From: an uncultured cyanobacterium
GTDB lineage: Bacteria > Cyanobacteriota > Cyanobacteriia > Cyanobacteriales > Cyanobacteriaceae
Direction of reading: 5' to 3'
DNA: 64,000 nt
Assembly: GCA_963749915.1 (NCBI GenBank)
Contig: CAVVOP010000005.1
Span: forward strand, 384,001 to 448,000
The notes under the pieces were generated by a model. That model searched no databases, was not told the DNA's origin, and saw only the letters and a list, made by a program, of their open reading frames with translations. The position numbers and the translations under genes are program-made. Shown piece by piece: positions 10,837 through 21,027 of this stretch (within the stretch, counting starts at the first letter, position 1; every line of letters starts with the position of its first letter).

Positions 10837-11874
10837 ATGACAAATAATTCTATTTCCCCAATATTAAACCGTATTCCCAGTTCCGTTTCTTTGTGGGTGG
10901 CATTGATTATCGGTGCTGCTTCTAGCTCTGTGACTCGGAAAATCATCGAAATTGGTGAAAATCACCTAATTGATGGGAGAAATCCTATTTCTCTTTGTAA
11001 TGTTTTGTTTGTGGGTAATATTTTTGCCTTAGCAGTAATGCTACCAATTTTTTACCCACAATTAAACCCTAAAAGATTGCAACAGTTTACCCGCAAGGAT
11101 TGGATTAGTTTGATAATTATCGCTATTTTATCTGGTGCGATCGCCCCCGGATTGATTTTTGCTGCTCTCGATAATACTAACGTTACTAATGTGGTCTTAA
11201 TTGGTCGTCTCGAACCGCCAGTTACTCTGGCTTTGAGCATTTGGTTACTGCGATCGCCAGTCAATATTTGGACAATTGCTGGTTCTGTGATCTCTTTTGT
11301 GGGAGTAGGTATAACGGCATTCTTAGCAAGTTCGCAATCAACTATAACCATGATGGGTGGTTTAATTCATTTAGATAAAGGAGAATTACAAGTCGCGATC
11401 GCTGCTCTGTTATTAGCAGTAGCCACTGTTTTGAGTAAATTAAAATTGCAACAAATTCCTTTAGGATTTTTTAGTTTATTTCGCACCACAATTGGCACTA
11501 TAGTTTTTTTCCTTTTGGCTCACTATATCTATGGTTCGCAACATTTTGCTGAAGCCTTCTCCCCATTTCTTTGGGTATGGATGCTGATTTATGGGGCGAT
11601 TATCGTGGCTGCTGGTCAATTGTTCTCGTTTGCGGGTTTAAAAAACGCTTCAGTTGCCGAACTTACTCTAACTAACTCCATTCAACCCCTTGCGGCGATC
11701 GCCCTTGCTTATTTAATTCTGCAAGAAGTACCGACAGCGGCTCAATACTGGGGAGGTAGTATTATTTTAATCGGCATTATTTTAGGTGCGATCGGCAATC
11801 TGGGGCAAACTCAACCCTTTCGTCTTACTCCGGGTAAGTGTATGGAAATGATAACAGGGTTTAGAGGAATTTAA
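10837..11874 (+). CDS. DMT/EamA family transporter
   Basis: About 10 TM helices in two EamA repeats; LEPPVT and IQPLAAI..AYLILQE. Confidence 0.85.
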   Translation: MTNNSISPILNRIPSSVSLWVALIIGAASSSVTRKIIEIGENHLIDGRNPISLCNVLFVGNIFALAVMLPIFYPQLNPKRLQQFTRKDWISLIIIAILSGAIAPGLIFAALDNTNVTNVVLIGRLEPPVTLALSIWLLRSPVNIWTIAGSVISFVGVGITAFLASSQSTITMMGGLIHLDKGELQVAIAALLLAVATVLSKLKLQQIPLGFFSLFRTTIGTIVFFLLAHYIYGSQHFAEAFSPFLWVWMLIYGAIIVAAGQLFSFAGLKNASVAELTLTNSIQPLAAIALAYLILQEVPTAAQYWGGSIILIGIILGAIGNLGQTQPFRLTPGKCMEMITGFRGI

Positions 11875-12130
11875 TAGGTGAACTGAACTACCCATTAATC
11901 CAATCCAGCATTTGTAATATATTCTCTAGTTTCCGTTGACTTTTACGCAATTTAACTATAAGTAATACATATATTAATTATTTTTGGCGGGCAGCTTTGC
12001 TGTGCCTTTGGCATCGCATTATACAGATTTCGACACTGTTTATGTTTGTTTAATCTTGATTTCATTTTCTGATTGCTTTAGAAATATTTTATAAATAAGC
12101 TGTTTGGGTATTACTTTGCATAGTGCAAAT

Positions 12131-12148
12131 TGACGTGCGGAATGTAGG
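12131..12148. repeat. Solo IS1634-type terminal repeat
   Basis: TGACGTGCGGAATGTAGG, 17/18 identical to the IS end at 7029-7046. Confidence 0.8.
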
Positions 12149-12156
12149 ATAGTATA

Positions 12157-13170
12157 TTAAAAGTTCTTCAAGAGATTTTTAGTTTCCTCTATAGGATTTT
12201 CTGCTTCCATAATCGCCCTAACTACCGCTATTCTCCTTGCCCCTGCTTTAACCACATCCCGAATATTATTATTATCAATGCCGCCGATGGCAAACCAAGG
12301 AATTGTCGCATTAGCTTCGGCATAACGAACATATTCTAGTCCGGTGGCCTTTTTACCTGCTTTGGTCGGCGTTTCGTAAACAGGTCCGACTCCAATATAA
12401 TCAGCACCATCAGCGATGGCTTTTGCCATTTCTTGAGGATTAGTGGTTGATTTGCCGATGATTTTACCTGTGCCTAAAATTTGACGGGCCAAACCGATGG
12501 GGCAATCTGTTTGTCCTAAATGTACTCCATCGGCATTCACGGCCAGAGCAATATCAATACGATCATTAATGATTAACAAAGCATTGTGATTATTACATAA
12601 TTGTTTTAATTTATATGCCTCTTTAAGTTTAATTAAATCATCTTGATTTTTATGACGATATTGTACTAATTTCAAACCCCCTTTTAAGGCAGATTCTATC
12701 ACCGTGAAAAAATTATCCGTCGGAGAAGTTACTAAATATAATGAAGATTCGGCTAATAATTGAAAACGGGATTGTCCTAACAGTTTACTTTCAAAGGTAT
12801 AAACTTGATACCGCATTTGTTTCATGGCGGCAGCAAACTCAACATCATATAATTTAGCGTATTCTTCTAATACTCTTAAGGCTTCTTGTACTCTACACAA
12901 ATTGGCTTGTAATAAGTCCTGTAAATTTTCTCTTTCAGCTTCTTGAGGATGCGTTACATCTCTACCCACATCATGGGGGGTATCCCTAGCTGTGCGGAAT
13001 TCTGGGGAATGCCAACTAGCTAATTCTTGACGCATTTCTTTACAATTAGTCGCCGTTTCCTTATCGTTTAAGCCGAAGCGACACCATTCTTCCACTATTC
13101 TCAATCCTTCTCTGGCACGATCTAAATTAGCATCTAATATTCGATATATGGCGGTTTGTTGATTAATCAT
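12157..13170 (-). CDS. thiE: Thiamine-phosphate synthase (cyanobacterial long form)
   Basis: RILDANLDRAREGLR N-domain; QYR.K, INDR.D, DGVHLGQ.D, T.TK, AIGGI. Confidence 0.95.
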   Translation of the reverse strand: MINQQTAIYRILDANLDRAREGLRIVEEWCRFGLNDKETATNCKEMRQELASWHSPEFRTARDTPHDVGRDVTHPQEAERENLQDLLQANLCRVQEALRVLEEYAKLYDVEFAAAMKQMRYQVYTFESKLLGQSRFQLLAESSLYLVTSPTDNFFTVIESALKGGLKLVQYRHKNQDDLIKLKEAYKLKQLCNNHNALLIINDRIDIALAVNADGVHLGQTDCPIGLARQILGTGKIIGKSTTNPQEMAKAIADGADYIGVGPVYETPTKAGKKATGLEYVRYAEANATIPWFAIGGIDNNNIRDVVKAGARRIAVVRAIMEAENPIEETKNLLKNF

Positions 13171-13304
13171 GAACTCACAAAAATCCAGCTAGAGTAGTAA
13201 ACTTATAGATTGAGATTAATCGAAAATGGATAATATTAAAAGGTAGTGGGATTTGTTTCCAGTATAAGCTCAAAATAATAATTAATTATAGAGAACTAAC
13301 GAAA

Positions 13305-13661
13305 ATGACACTATTAGTTTATGGTATCCCTAACTGTGGCACCTGTAAAAAAGCCCGAGAATGGTTAGACAAAAATCATGTTGATTATCAGTTTATTAAT
13401 ACGAAAGAAAATCCTCCGGAAAAAGAGGCGATCGCCAATTGGGTAAAATCCCTTGGGGTCAAGTCCATGGGCAATACTTCTGGTCTATCTTATCGTGCTT
13501 TAGGTGAAGGAAAAAATTCTTGGACGGAGGAACAATGGATCACTGCTTTTGCCAAAGATGCTATGTTGTTAAAAAGGCCTTTATTTATTAAAGATAATGA
13601 AGCGGTTTTAGTGGGATTTAGGGCCAATGAAACAATAAAAAAAGATAAATTATGCAACTAA
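13305..13661 (+). CDS. ArsC/Spx (YffB-like) family protein
   Basis: YGIPNCGTCKKA, LLKRP. Confidence 0.88.
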   Translation: MTLLVYGIPNCGTCKKAREWLDKNHVDYQFINTKENPPEKEAIANWVKSLGVKSMGNTSGLSYRALGEGKNSWTEEQWITAFAKDAMLLKRPLFIKDNEAVLVGFRANETIKKDKLCN

Positions 13662-13712
13662 TCCTAATTGTATATTTTAAATAGATGTTGAGAAGATTAC
13701 CCCCCCAAAACA

Positions 13713-15002
13713 ATGGATAATTCAAGCCTTGAGCAATGTTATAAAATACTCTATCTTACTTCAGACGCAACATTAGAAGATGTTGAGCAAAGTTATTATA
13801 AACTTATCGGAAAAAAATTAAAAACGGGTAATAAACAAGATTTAGCTGATCTAAAATACGCTCATTCTCAACTTACGGAATATTATAAAAATCAACAAGA
13901 AAATAAAGCAAAAATAGAAAAGAAACAATATGAAACTTATTTGACTAGAACTATTAATCGCAAGTTAAAGAATTTTGGTATTGGGATAAAAGTGGAATCT
14001 TATGTTGATCATTTAGAAATCCGTCTTAATAATATTAAATCAGCAAAAAAACAGGTAATAACTAAATTAATTTATGATAATCTTGGGCAGATTTTAAAAG
14101 ATACAGAAACTTCTGTAATAATATTAAGTCTTGATCATAAAAATAACTTGATTTGGCAAGAAGAAATCAAAATTTGCACAGGAATTTATGCCCATAAAGT
14201 TGAAAAATATAATACCGCTATTCATTTAGCACAAGCAGAAGTTGTTACTAATACTTATGCTTTTCCTATCGCTTTTTTAATTGCTTTTGCCATTAATTTT
14301 ATCGATCCTCTAGTATGGTTTATTAGTATGTGGGTTCACGAATTTGGTCATTCAACCATTGCCTGGTTGTCCGGTTATCGTGCTATGGTAACATTTTCCG
14401 GAACAATTATTGCCCCTACTCGTTCATTGTTTGTGTATTTTGGAATTTTAATTCTACTTTCTTTAACATTCTATGGTGGTTGGAAAGAACAGAAGAAAAG
14501 TACCATGTTTATATGCTTTATTTTCGCAATCATCCAATTTATTTTGACATGGAATACTTCTTATTCTACCTATCAAATGTTATTATATTTTGGAGGTATT
14601 GGCGGAGAATTTTATTTAAGTACCTTATTAATTATTGCTTTTTATTGGCGTTTACCAGATAAATTTTATTGGGAATTTTGGCGTTTTTTTGCCTTAATAA
14701 TAGGTGCGATCACTTTTTGGGGTAGTTTTACGAAATGGCATAGAATAAACCTAGGAAAAGATCAAATTCCTTGGGGGACTTTTTGGGGAGGGAGAGGAGA
14801 TTCTGGCGGTGATTTGAACATTTTAAATACCGATGTGGGTTGGAGTGTTAACCGAATTATTGATACTTATAATACTTTAGGTTTTATTTGTTTGTTAATT
14901 ATTATCGGGACTTATTTTTATTATTTGTGGAAAAGTAATCCTATTTTTGGTTTAAACTTTAATCGATATTTTTCGACAAATAAATCTAGACCTCAGCGCT
15001 GA
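13713..15002 (+). CDS. Membrane protein with degenerate J-like N-domain and M50-like HExxH metallopeptidase region
   Basis: CYKIL.L..DATLEDVEQSY (no HPD); WVHEFGH; GGD motif; multiple TM helices. Confidence 0.65.
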   Translation: MDNSSLEQCYKILYLTSDATLEDVEQSYYKLIGKKLKTGNKQDLADLKYAHSQLTEYYKNQQENKAKIEKKQYETYLTRTINRKLKNFGIGIKVESYVDHLEIRLNNIKSAKKQVITKLIYDNLGQILKDTETSVIILSLDHKNNLIWQEEIKICTGIYAHKVEKYNTAIHLAQAEVVTNTYAFPIAFLIAFAINFIDPLVWFISMWVHEFGHSTIAWLSGYRAMVTFSGTIIAPTRSLFVYFGILILLSLTFYGGWKEQKKSTMFICFIFAIIQFILTWNTSYSTYQMLLYFGGIGGEFYLSTLLIIAFYWRLPDKFYWEFWRFFALIIGAITFWGSFTKWHRINLGKDQIPWGTFWGGRGDSGGDLNILNTDVGWSVNRIIDTYNTLGFICLLIIIGTYFYYLWKSNPIFGLNFNRYFSTNKSRPQR

Positions 15003-15284
15003 CGGCCCGACACATTTATTTCAAGTCCTTTAGGATAGGAGACAGGAGACAGAATTCAGGATTCAGGAGCTTTATACTTAAATAGTAGTTTTGAATCTCT
15101 ACACTATTGATATTCTTAAACACAAATCACGGGAATTGAATCTAGACAATTTAACAACAGTAATATCGGATTTGAGCAAATTTCTTAATCTATAACTATT
15201 AGAGCTGATTCCCTTATCCAATACTCAGGTTATATTAATAAATTGTAAAAAAGCAAGAAATTCTTCCATCATACATATGGAGTA

Positions 15285-16001
15285 TTATTGAGCCCCTTTA
15301 CAATGAAAAACAACTTTTATGGTTTCGAGGATTAAACTTAAGTCGTACCATACAGACCATTTCTTTTGATAGTCCAAATCTAAGGATACAATTTTTTCGA
15401 AATCATCTACTAAAGATCTACCGTTGACTTGCCATTCTCCAGTCATACCAGGTTTAACTCTTAAGCGTAACCAATGATATTTATCATAATGTTTAACTTC
15501 TTCATAGGTTGGGGGACGAGTTCCCACTAAACTCATATCACCCATTAACACATTCCAAAATTGAGGCAATTCATCTAGGCTAGTTTTTCGTAAAAACCTC
15601 CCTACCCTAGTAATACGGGGATCTTGGTCATTTTTAAATATATGACCTTTAGCTTGATTTTCGACTAAATGCTTTTTTTGGTCTGCATCAGAATACATAG
15701 AACGAAATTTCCAGATGCGAAAAGTTTTCCCTAGTAATCCGCAACGGGTTTGACGATAAAAAACAGGTCCCTCACTATCTAATTTTATAGCGATCGCCAC
15801 TGGGATAAAAAGACAACCAGTGATACATAAACCCACTATTGCACCGAGAATATCGATAAACCGCTTCATGAAACTATTGGCGGAAATATGTGCATGGGAA
15901 GAATTTTGATCGTAAGAACGAGAAGAGACAGAAGAAAAAAATATTTGCACCAGACTAGTGTTAGAGAAAAACATGGGATTATAGTTGTGGGTCGTATTCA
16001 A
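15285..16001 (-). CDS. Bacterial sugar transferase (priming phosphoglycosyl transferase)
   Basis: KRFIDI, KFRSM, DPRITRVGRFLRKTSLDELPQ, GTRP, KPGMTG.WQV. Confidence 0.92.
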   Translation of the reverse strand: MNTTHNYNPMFFSNTSLVQIFFSSVSSRSYDQNSSHAHISANSFMKRFIDILGAIVGLCITGCLFIPVAIAIKLDSEGPVFYRQTRCGLLGKTFRIWKFRSMYSDADQKKHLVENQAKGHIFKNDQDPRITRVGRFLRKTSLDELPQFWNVLMGDMSLVGTRPPTYEEVKHYDKYHWLRLRVKPGMTGEWQVNGRSLVDDFEKIVSLDLDYQKKWSVWYDLSLILETIKVVFHCKGAQ

Positions 16002-16465
16002 TTAGTAAATAAATTTGGCTATATTTGAGAGTAGTTATGACTAAATAATAGAAAATAATGTTCCCTATTATCCCTTTGGGTTCATGATTTATCATTACCA
16101 GTTTAATGGGACCATCAATAAATTTATGATTCCAATATTGGTTCTAAATTTAATATACCCTTTTTGATATCTAAATATGTCGTCATTGTATCTAAATTTA
16201 TAAAAATTATCCACAAATTTTATAAATCAGTGAAATCAACATTATCAAGACTACAACGCCTTTATAATAGACCATTTTAAGTATTTATTCGGTATAAACA
16301 TTTACTGATAGTTGAAACACTTAAGTAAAGATTTAATATGGGGGAAGTAGTTATTTTTTAAAGTGAAATGAACGATCTTGTGGTGAAAATAAGTTTTAAG
16401 TTAACTTTATATTAAGAAAGTTTTTTGATATTTATAAAAATAAATGAAACCATCACAAAAACGCC

Positions 16466-16506
16466 AAAAAACACCCCCTAAATTAAATTAATAGAGAATG
16501 TTTTTT
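16466..16506 (-). terminator. Intrinsic terminator of psbA
   Basis: Minus-strand AAAAAACAUUCUCUA...UAGGGGGUGUUUUUU stem (G-U pairs) about 25 nt after the stop codon. Confidence 0.6.
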
Positions 16507-16529
16507 AGTTATTATTCAAGTTATTAAAC

Positions 16530-17600
16530 TTAACCGTTGATTACAGGAGCAGATACAGGTTCTGCACTAGCTAAATCTAAGGGGAAGTTGTGAGCATTAC
16601 GTTCGTGCATGACTTCGATTCCGATGTTGGCACGGTTTAATACGTCTGCCCAAGTTCCAATTACATGACCTTGACTATCTAAGATAGACTGGTTGAAGTT
16701 GAATCCATTTAAGTTGAATGCCATGGTACTTACACCCATTGCGGTGAACCAAATACCAATTACAGGCCATGCACCTAAGAAGAAGTGTAACGCCCGGCTG
16801 TTGTTAAAGGAAGCATATTGGAAGATTAAACGACCAAAGTATCCATGAGCTGCAACGATGTTGTAGGTTTCTTCTTCTTGACCGAATTTGTAACCGTAGT
16901 TTAAAGATTCAGTTTCCGTGGTTTCACGCACTAAAGAAGAGGTTACTAAAGAACCGTGCATTGCTGAGAATAAAGAGCCACCAAACACACCGGCTACTCC
17001 TAACATATGGAAGGGGTGCATCAAGATGTTATGTTCTGCTTGGAACACAAACATGAAGTTGAAAGTTCCGCTAATTCCTAAAGGCATACCATCAGAGAAA
17101 GAACCTTGACCGATGGGGTAGATTAAGAATACAGCAGTTGCGGCAGATACGGGTGCACTATAGGCAACACAGATCCAAGGACGCATTCCTAAGCGGAAGG
17201 ATAATTCCCACTGACGACCCATATAGCAGAAGATACCAATTAAGAAATGGAATACTACTAATTGGTAAGGACCACCGTTATATAACCACTCATCTAAGGA
17301 AGCTGCTTCCCAAATGGGGTAGAAGTGTAAACCAATAGCGTTAGAAGAAGGAACAACGGCACCAGAGATGATGTTGTTTCCGTATAATAAGGAACCGGCT
17401 ACAGGCTCACGAATACCGTCAATGTCAACGGGAGGAGCTGCGATAAAAGCGATGATGAAACAAGTGGTGGCAGTTAACAGAGTAGGGATCATCAAAGTAC
17501 CGAACCAGCCTACGTATAAGCGGTTGTTGGTAGAAGTGATCCACTGGCAAAACTGTTCCCATGCAGAAGACTGCTGTTGTTGCTGTAAAGTGGTAGTCAT
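16530..17600 (-). CDS. psbA: Photosystem II D1 protein (Q130 form, 356 aa)
   Basis: Canonical D1 sequence, including ...[15 protein letters not shown]. Confidence 0.99.
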   Translation of the reverse strand: MTTTLQQQQQSSAWEQFCQWITSTNNRLYVGWFGTLMIPTLLTATTCFIIAFIAAPPVDIDGIREPVAGSLLYGNNIISGAVVPSSNAIGLHFYPIWEAASLDEWLYNGGPYQLVVFHFLIGIFCYMGRQWELSFRLGMRPWICVAYSAPVSAATAVFLIYPIGQGSFSDGMPLGISGTFNFMFVFQAEHNILMHPFHMLGVAGVFGGSLFSAMHGSLVTSSLVRETTETESLNYGYKFGQEEETYNIVAAHGYFGRLIFQYASFNNSRALHFFLGAWPVIGIWFTAMGVSTMAFNLNGFNFNQSILDSQGHVIGTWADVLNRANIGIEVMHERNAHNFPLDLASAEPVSAPVING

Positions 17601-18037
17601 ATTTTTATAATTGCAATTAAATTCCCGAGGTACAAGCTTTTGCGGTTAAAAGCAAAAGTGTTATCTTTCTATGATGATTTTATTATTACTAATTTATTAA
17701 GAATTGTAAAGAATTTTAGGATGAGTTTAATTTATCACGGTGATTAATTTTTCCTATCTATCAAGGGGCGTTAGTGAGAAGTAAAATACTTGATGAACGT
17801 GAGTTCGATGGAATTAAAAAATAGCAGGAGGTAGTGCAGGTAAGTCTTTCGGTTGTAAATCAAGACTGGGTTTTTGAGGCAAATAAGTATTAAGCAATCA
17901 ATTTTCCAGGCAGGGGTTTTGACGATTTTCTCAAATCTTCATGAATAATGGCGGCCAAATTGATTTCTTGCTACTTGGGTCTGTTTACTTTATGATTGGC
18001 TAGTAATTTATCAGATATTCGACAAGTATTGAATTAA

Positions 18038-18406
18038 ATGGACAATAACAGTTTCAATATTTTTCTAATTCTCACCAGTATTATCTGTTCATCAACGGCT
18101 CAAATAATGTTAAAAGTTGGTACGAACCGAATTGGTAACGAAATTAGTAATGTTTTCGACTTTTTGCTGAAAGCCGCTTCTACTCCCCAAGTTATTGCGG
18201 GGGTTTCTCTTCATGTGGGGGCTTTACTTTTCTGGCTGTTGGCGTTAAGACGTGTAGATGTCAGTTATGCTTATCCTTTTATTTCTTTGGGATTTGTGTT
18301 TGTTTTATTTATGTCAGCTATTTGGTTGCGAGAGTCTATTAACTTAGAGCGAATTATTGGGGTTATTTTTATCCTAATGGGCATTGTCTATGTTGCCCGT
18401 AGTTAA
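18038..18406 (+). CDS. SMR/EamA small membrane protein, ArnE/ArnF-like lipid-linked sugar flippase
   Basis: 4 TM helices, AQIMLK.G, W..ALRRVDVSYAYP..SLG. Confidence 0.75.
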   Translation: MDNNSFNIFLILTSIICSSTAQIMLKVGTNRIGNEISNVFDFLLKAASTPQVIAGVSLHVGALLFWLLALRRVDVSYAYPFISLGFVFVLFMSAIWLRESINLERIIGVIFILMGIVYVARS

Positions 18407-18463
18407 AAAATTGTTGTAGTATTATTGTCATCATATTTTTTTATAACCAAATAGTTTTTTAAC

Positions 18464-19600
18464 ATGACAAATTCTATTCAATATGAAGTGGTGGTAATTG
18501 GAGGAGGTTTTTTTGGTTGTCAATTATCTCTATATCTCAAAAAATACCTGAAATCGGTTTTAATTTTGGAAAAGGAGTCTGATTTATTACAACGTGCCTC
18601 TTATAATAATCAAGCTAGAGTACACAACGGCTATCATTATCCCAGAAGTATTTTAACCGCCCTGCGTTCTCGAATTAGTTTTCCCGGATTTATCGAGGAA
18701 TATCGGGAGTGCATCAAGAGCGATTTCGAGAAATACTATGCTGTGGGAAAAATGTTTTCCAAGGTTAATGCTAATCAGTTTAAAACATTTTGCGATCGCA
18801 TTGGTTCTCCCCTTGAAATAGCATCCCCCGCTGTTAAAAAACTGTTTCAAAGTCACTTAATTGAGGAGGTGTTTCTTACCAAAGAATATGCTTTTGATGC
18901 CGTCAAACTCAAAGAAAGAATGTGTGAAGAGCTGGAGAAAGAAAAAATAGAGGTACAATTAAACGCAGAAGTTTTTAACCTCAAAAATTTTAGGGATAAA
19001 GGACTAATTGAAGTTAATTTTTATACTCGATTAAAAGATAATAAAGACGGAAAACCTGGACAAGTAACGGCTCAATATGTCTTTAATTGTACCTATTCAG
19101 GACTAAATAATATTCTTTCAGCATCTGATTTACCAACTATTCCCTTAAAACATGAATTGGCGGAAATGGCATTAATTGAAGTGCCAGAACCTCTAAAAAA
19201 TATGGGGATTACCGTTATGTGTGGTCCTTTTTTTTCTCTGATGCCTTTTCCAGCCCGAAATTTACACACACTCTCCCATGTTCGATATACTCCTCACTGT
19301 TATTGGCAAGATACCGAAAAGTCTGTCCATAATACTGATAATATTTTCGATCGCGCAGTGAGAAAAAGCAATTATCCCTACATGATTAAAGATGTTATTC
19401 GCTATTTACCCATGCTCAAAGATTCTCAATATATAGATTCACTTTGGGAAGTCAAGACAGTTTTACCTCAAAGTGAAGTGGATGACAGCAGACCAATTTT
19501 ATTCAAGAAAAATCAAGGCTTAGCTAATTTGACTTGTATTTTAGGAGGAAAAATTGATAATGTTTACGATATTCCAGCCCAACTCGATTTTTTAATCTAG
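18464..19600 (+). CDS. FAD-dependent oxidoreductase (DAO/L2HGDH-like fold)
   Basis: GGGFFG, ASYNNQARVHNGYHYPRS, GGKID. Confidence 0.85.
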   Translation: MTNSIQYEVVVIGGGFFGCQLSLYLKKYLKSVLILEKESDLLQRASYNNQARVHNGYHYPRSILTALRSRISFPGFIEEYRECIKSDFEKYYAVGKMFSKVNANQFKTFCDRIGSPLEIASPAVKKLFQSHLIEEVFLTKEYAFDAVKLKERMCEELEKEKIEVQLNAEVFNLKNFRDKGLIEVNFYTRLKDNKDGKPGQVTAQYVFNCTYSGLNNILSASDLPTIPLKHELAEMALIEVPEPLKNMGITVMCGPFFSLMPFPARNLHTLSHVRYTPHCYWQDTEKSVHNTDNIFDRAVRKSNYPYMIKDVIRYLPMLKDSQYIDSLWEVKTVLPQSEVDDSRPILFKKNQGLANLTCILGGKIDNVYDIPAQLDFLI

Positions 19601-19646
19601 GATGGTTTTTCGACTAAATATGATGATATTTTAAACAAAAAACTTT

Positions 19647-20645
19647 ATGGCAACCTCTGAATGTTTTGTTTCCGTAATTACGCCACTTCATAACGATAGT
19701 AAGATAGTCGAGTCTTTTGTCGCCGAAGTTATACCCATATTGCGAGATAATTACACTAATTATGAACTGGTTCTCGTTAATGATGGCTCAGAAGATGACA
19801 TTGTTGCCAGAGTAAACTTACTGTTAAAAGAATATGAGTGTATTAGATTTATTAGTCTTTCCAAGCACTTCGGCACAGAAATCGCTATTTCTTCAGGTTT
19901 AGACTCAGTAATAGGAGATTTTGTGGTAGTAATGCTTCCAGAATCAGATCCGCCCCAACTTATTCCTAAACTGGTAGAACAATGTCGAAATGGGACAGAT
20001 ATACTAGTGGGAGTGCGTAAACATCGTCTTGGCGAACCTTTATGGATGATAATTGGGGCTAATATATTTTATTGGATTTGTACAAAGTTTTTAAAAATCT
20101 CCTTAACAAAAAATGCCACTGAATTTCGAGTACTGAGCAGACAAGCAGTTAATGCCTTACTCCAAGTTGAAGATAAATACCGTTACTTACGACTACTTAG
20201 TGTTTATATAGGCTACAGAAACGAAACTTTTATCTATGAACCAATCAGGAGATATAGAAGAACAAAAACAAGGGGATTACTGGAGTCTGTTAACCTTGGT
20301 TTAAGACTTATTTTTCTCAATTCCGCTCACCCTCTCCGATTTGCCAGTTATTTAAGTCTCGGTGCTAGTCTTTTCAATCTTTTATATATGGGCTATATTA
20401 CGGCTATTTATTTATTCAAAGAAAAAGTTGTGGAGGGTTGGGTAACATTATCTGTTCAAAATAGTGTAATGTTTTTTTTCATCTCGATCATTTTAGCTAT
20501 CTTGTGTGAATATATTGGCTTGATGTTTTCTAAATCTAGGGGATGGGCGGCTTATTATATTGCAGAGGAAAAAACTAGTTCCGTATTGATTGCGAAGGAA
20601 GAAAGACCTAATATAGTACAAGAATCTGAGGATATAACACTCTAA
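19647..20645 (+). CDS. GT2 glycosyltransferase, GtrB/ArnC-like, with two C-terminal TM helices
   Basis: VNDGSED, LSKHFGTE.AI.SG, EFRVLSRQAV, GW + EYIG motifs. Confidence 0.85.
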   Translation: MATSECFVSVITPLHNDSKIVESFVAEVIPILRDNYTNYELVLVNDGSEDDIVARVNLLLKEYECIRFISLSKHFGTEIAISSGLDSVIGDFVVVMLPESDPPQLIPKLVEQCRNGTDILVGVRKHRLGEPLWMIIGANIFYWICTKFLKISLTKNATEFRVLSRQAVNALLQVEDKYRYLRLLSVYIGYRNETFIYEPIRRYRRTKTRGLLESVNLGLRLIFLNSAHPLRFASYLSLGASLFNLLYMGYITAIYLFKEKVVEGWVTLSVQNSVMFFFISIILAILCEYIGLMFSKSRGWAAYYIAEEKTSSVLIAKEERPNIVQESEDITL

Positions 20646-20688
20646 AATAAAGCTAAAATAATAACATTTAAAATATTAGTTAAAATCT

Positions 20689-20955
20689 ATGAATTTTCAT
20701 ACAATAATACTCAGAAAAAATCAAAAATATTGGGTTTCACTTTGTTTGGAAAATGGATTAGTCGGACAAGGAAAAACTCAACAACAAGCTATTGATAAAC
20801 TTCTAGAGGCGATCGCTTCTTTTGAGTCCGTTTATCAGTCGGAAAATAATGTCTATTCAGAACCTATTGCAATTCAAGAATTACATGAATTTTTGACCAT
20901 AGAAGAATAAGAAGAAAAGACAAATGTATATGAATTAAGAAAAGTATATGCCTAA
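20689..20955 (+). pseudogene. HicB-like antitoxin with in-frame TAA at 20908-20910
   Basis: YWVSLCLENGLVGQGKTQQQAI..L.EAI; the frame continues EEKTNVYELRKVYA* and overlaps the next ATG. Confidence 0.7.
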
Positions 20956-21001
20956 AAATATACCGTCTTTAAAACCTAAGGAGCTGATAAAATTTTTATA
21001 A
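20948..21001 (+). pseudogene. HicA-like toxin N-terminal remnant (17 aa)
   Basis: MPKNIPSLKPKELIKFL* resembles HicA N-termini; ATG overlaps the hicB end (ATGCCTAA). Confidence 0.6.
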
Positions 21002-21027
21002 AATAACTTAAATAAAAGGATAAAAAT

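Noticed and set aside
11877..11960. Minus-strand GGGTAGTTCAGTTCAC resembling an IS605 right end
   Set aside because: Too short and degenerate; no recognisable TnpB peptide upstream
16918..17610. Plus-strand ORFs inside psbA, and similar short antisense ORFs across the window
   Set aside because: Expected antisense shadows of codon-biased genes
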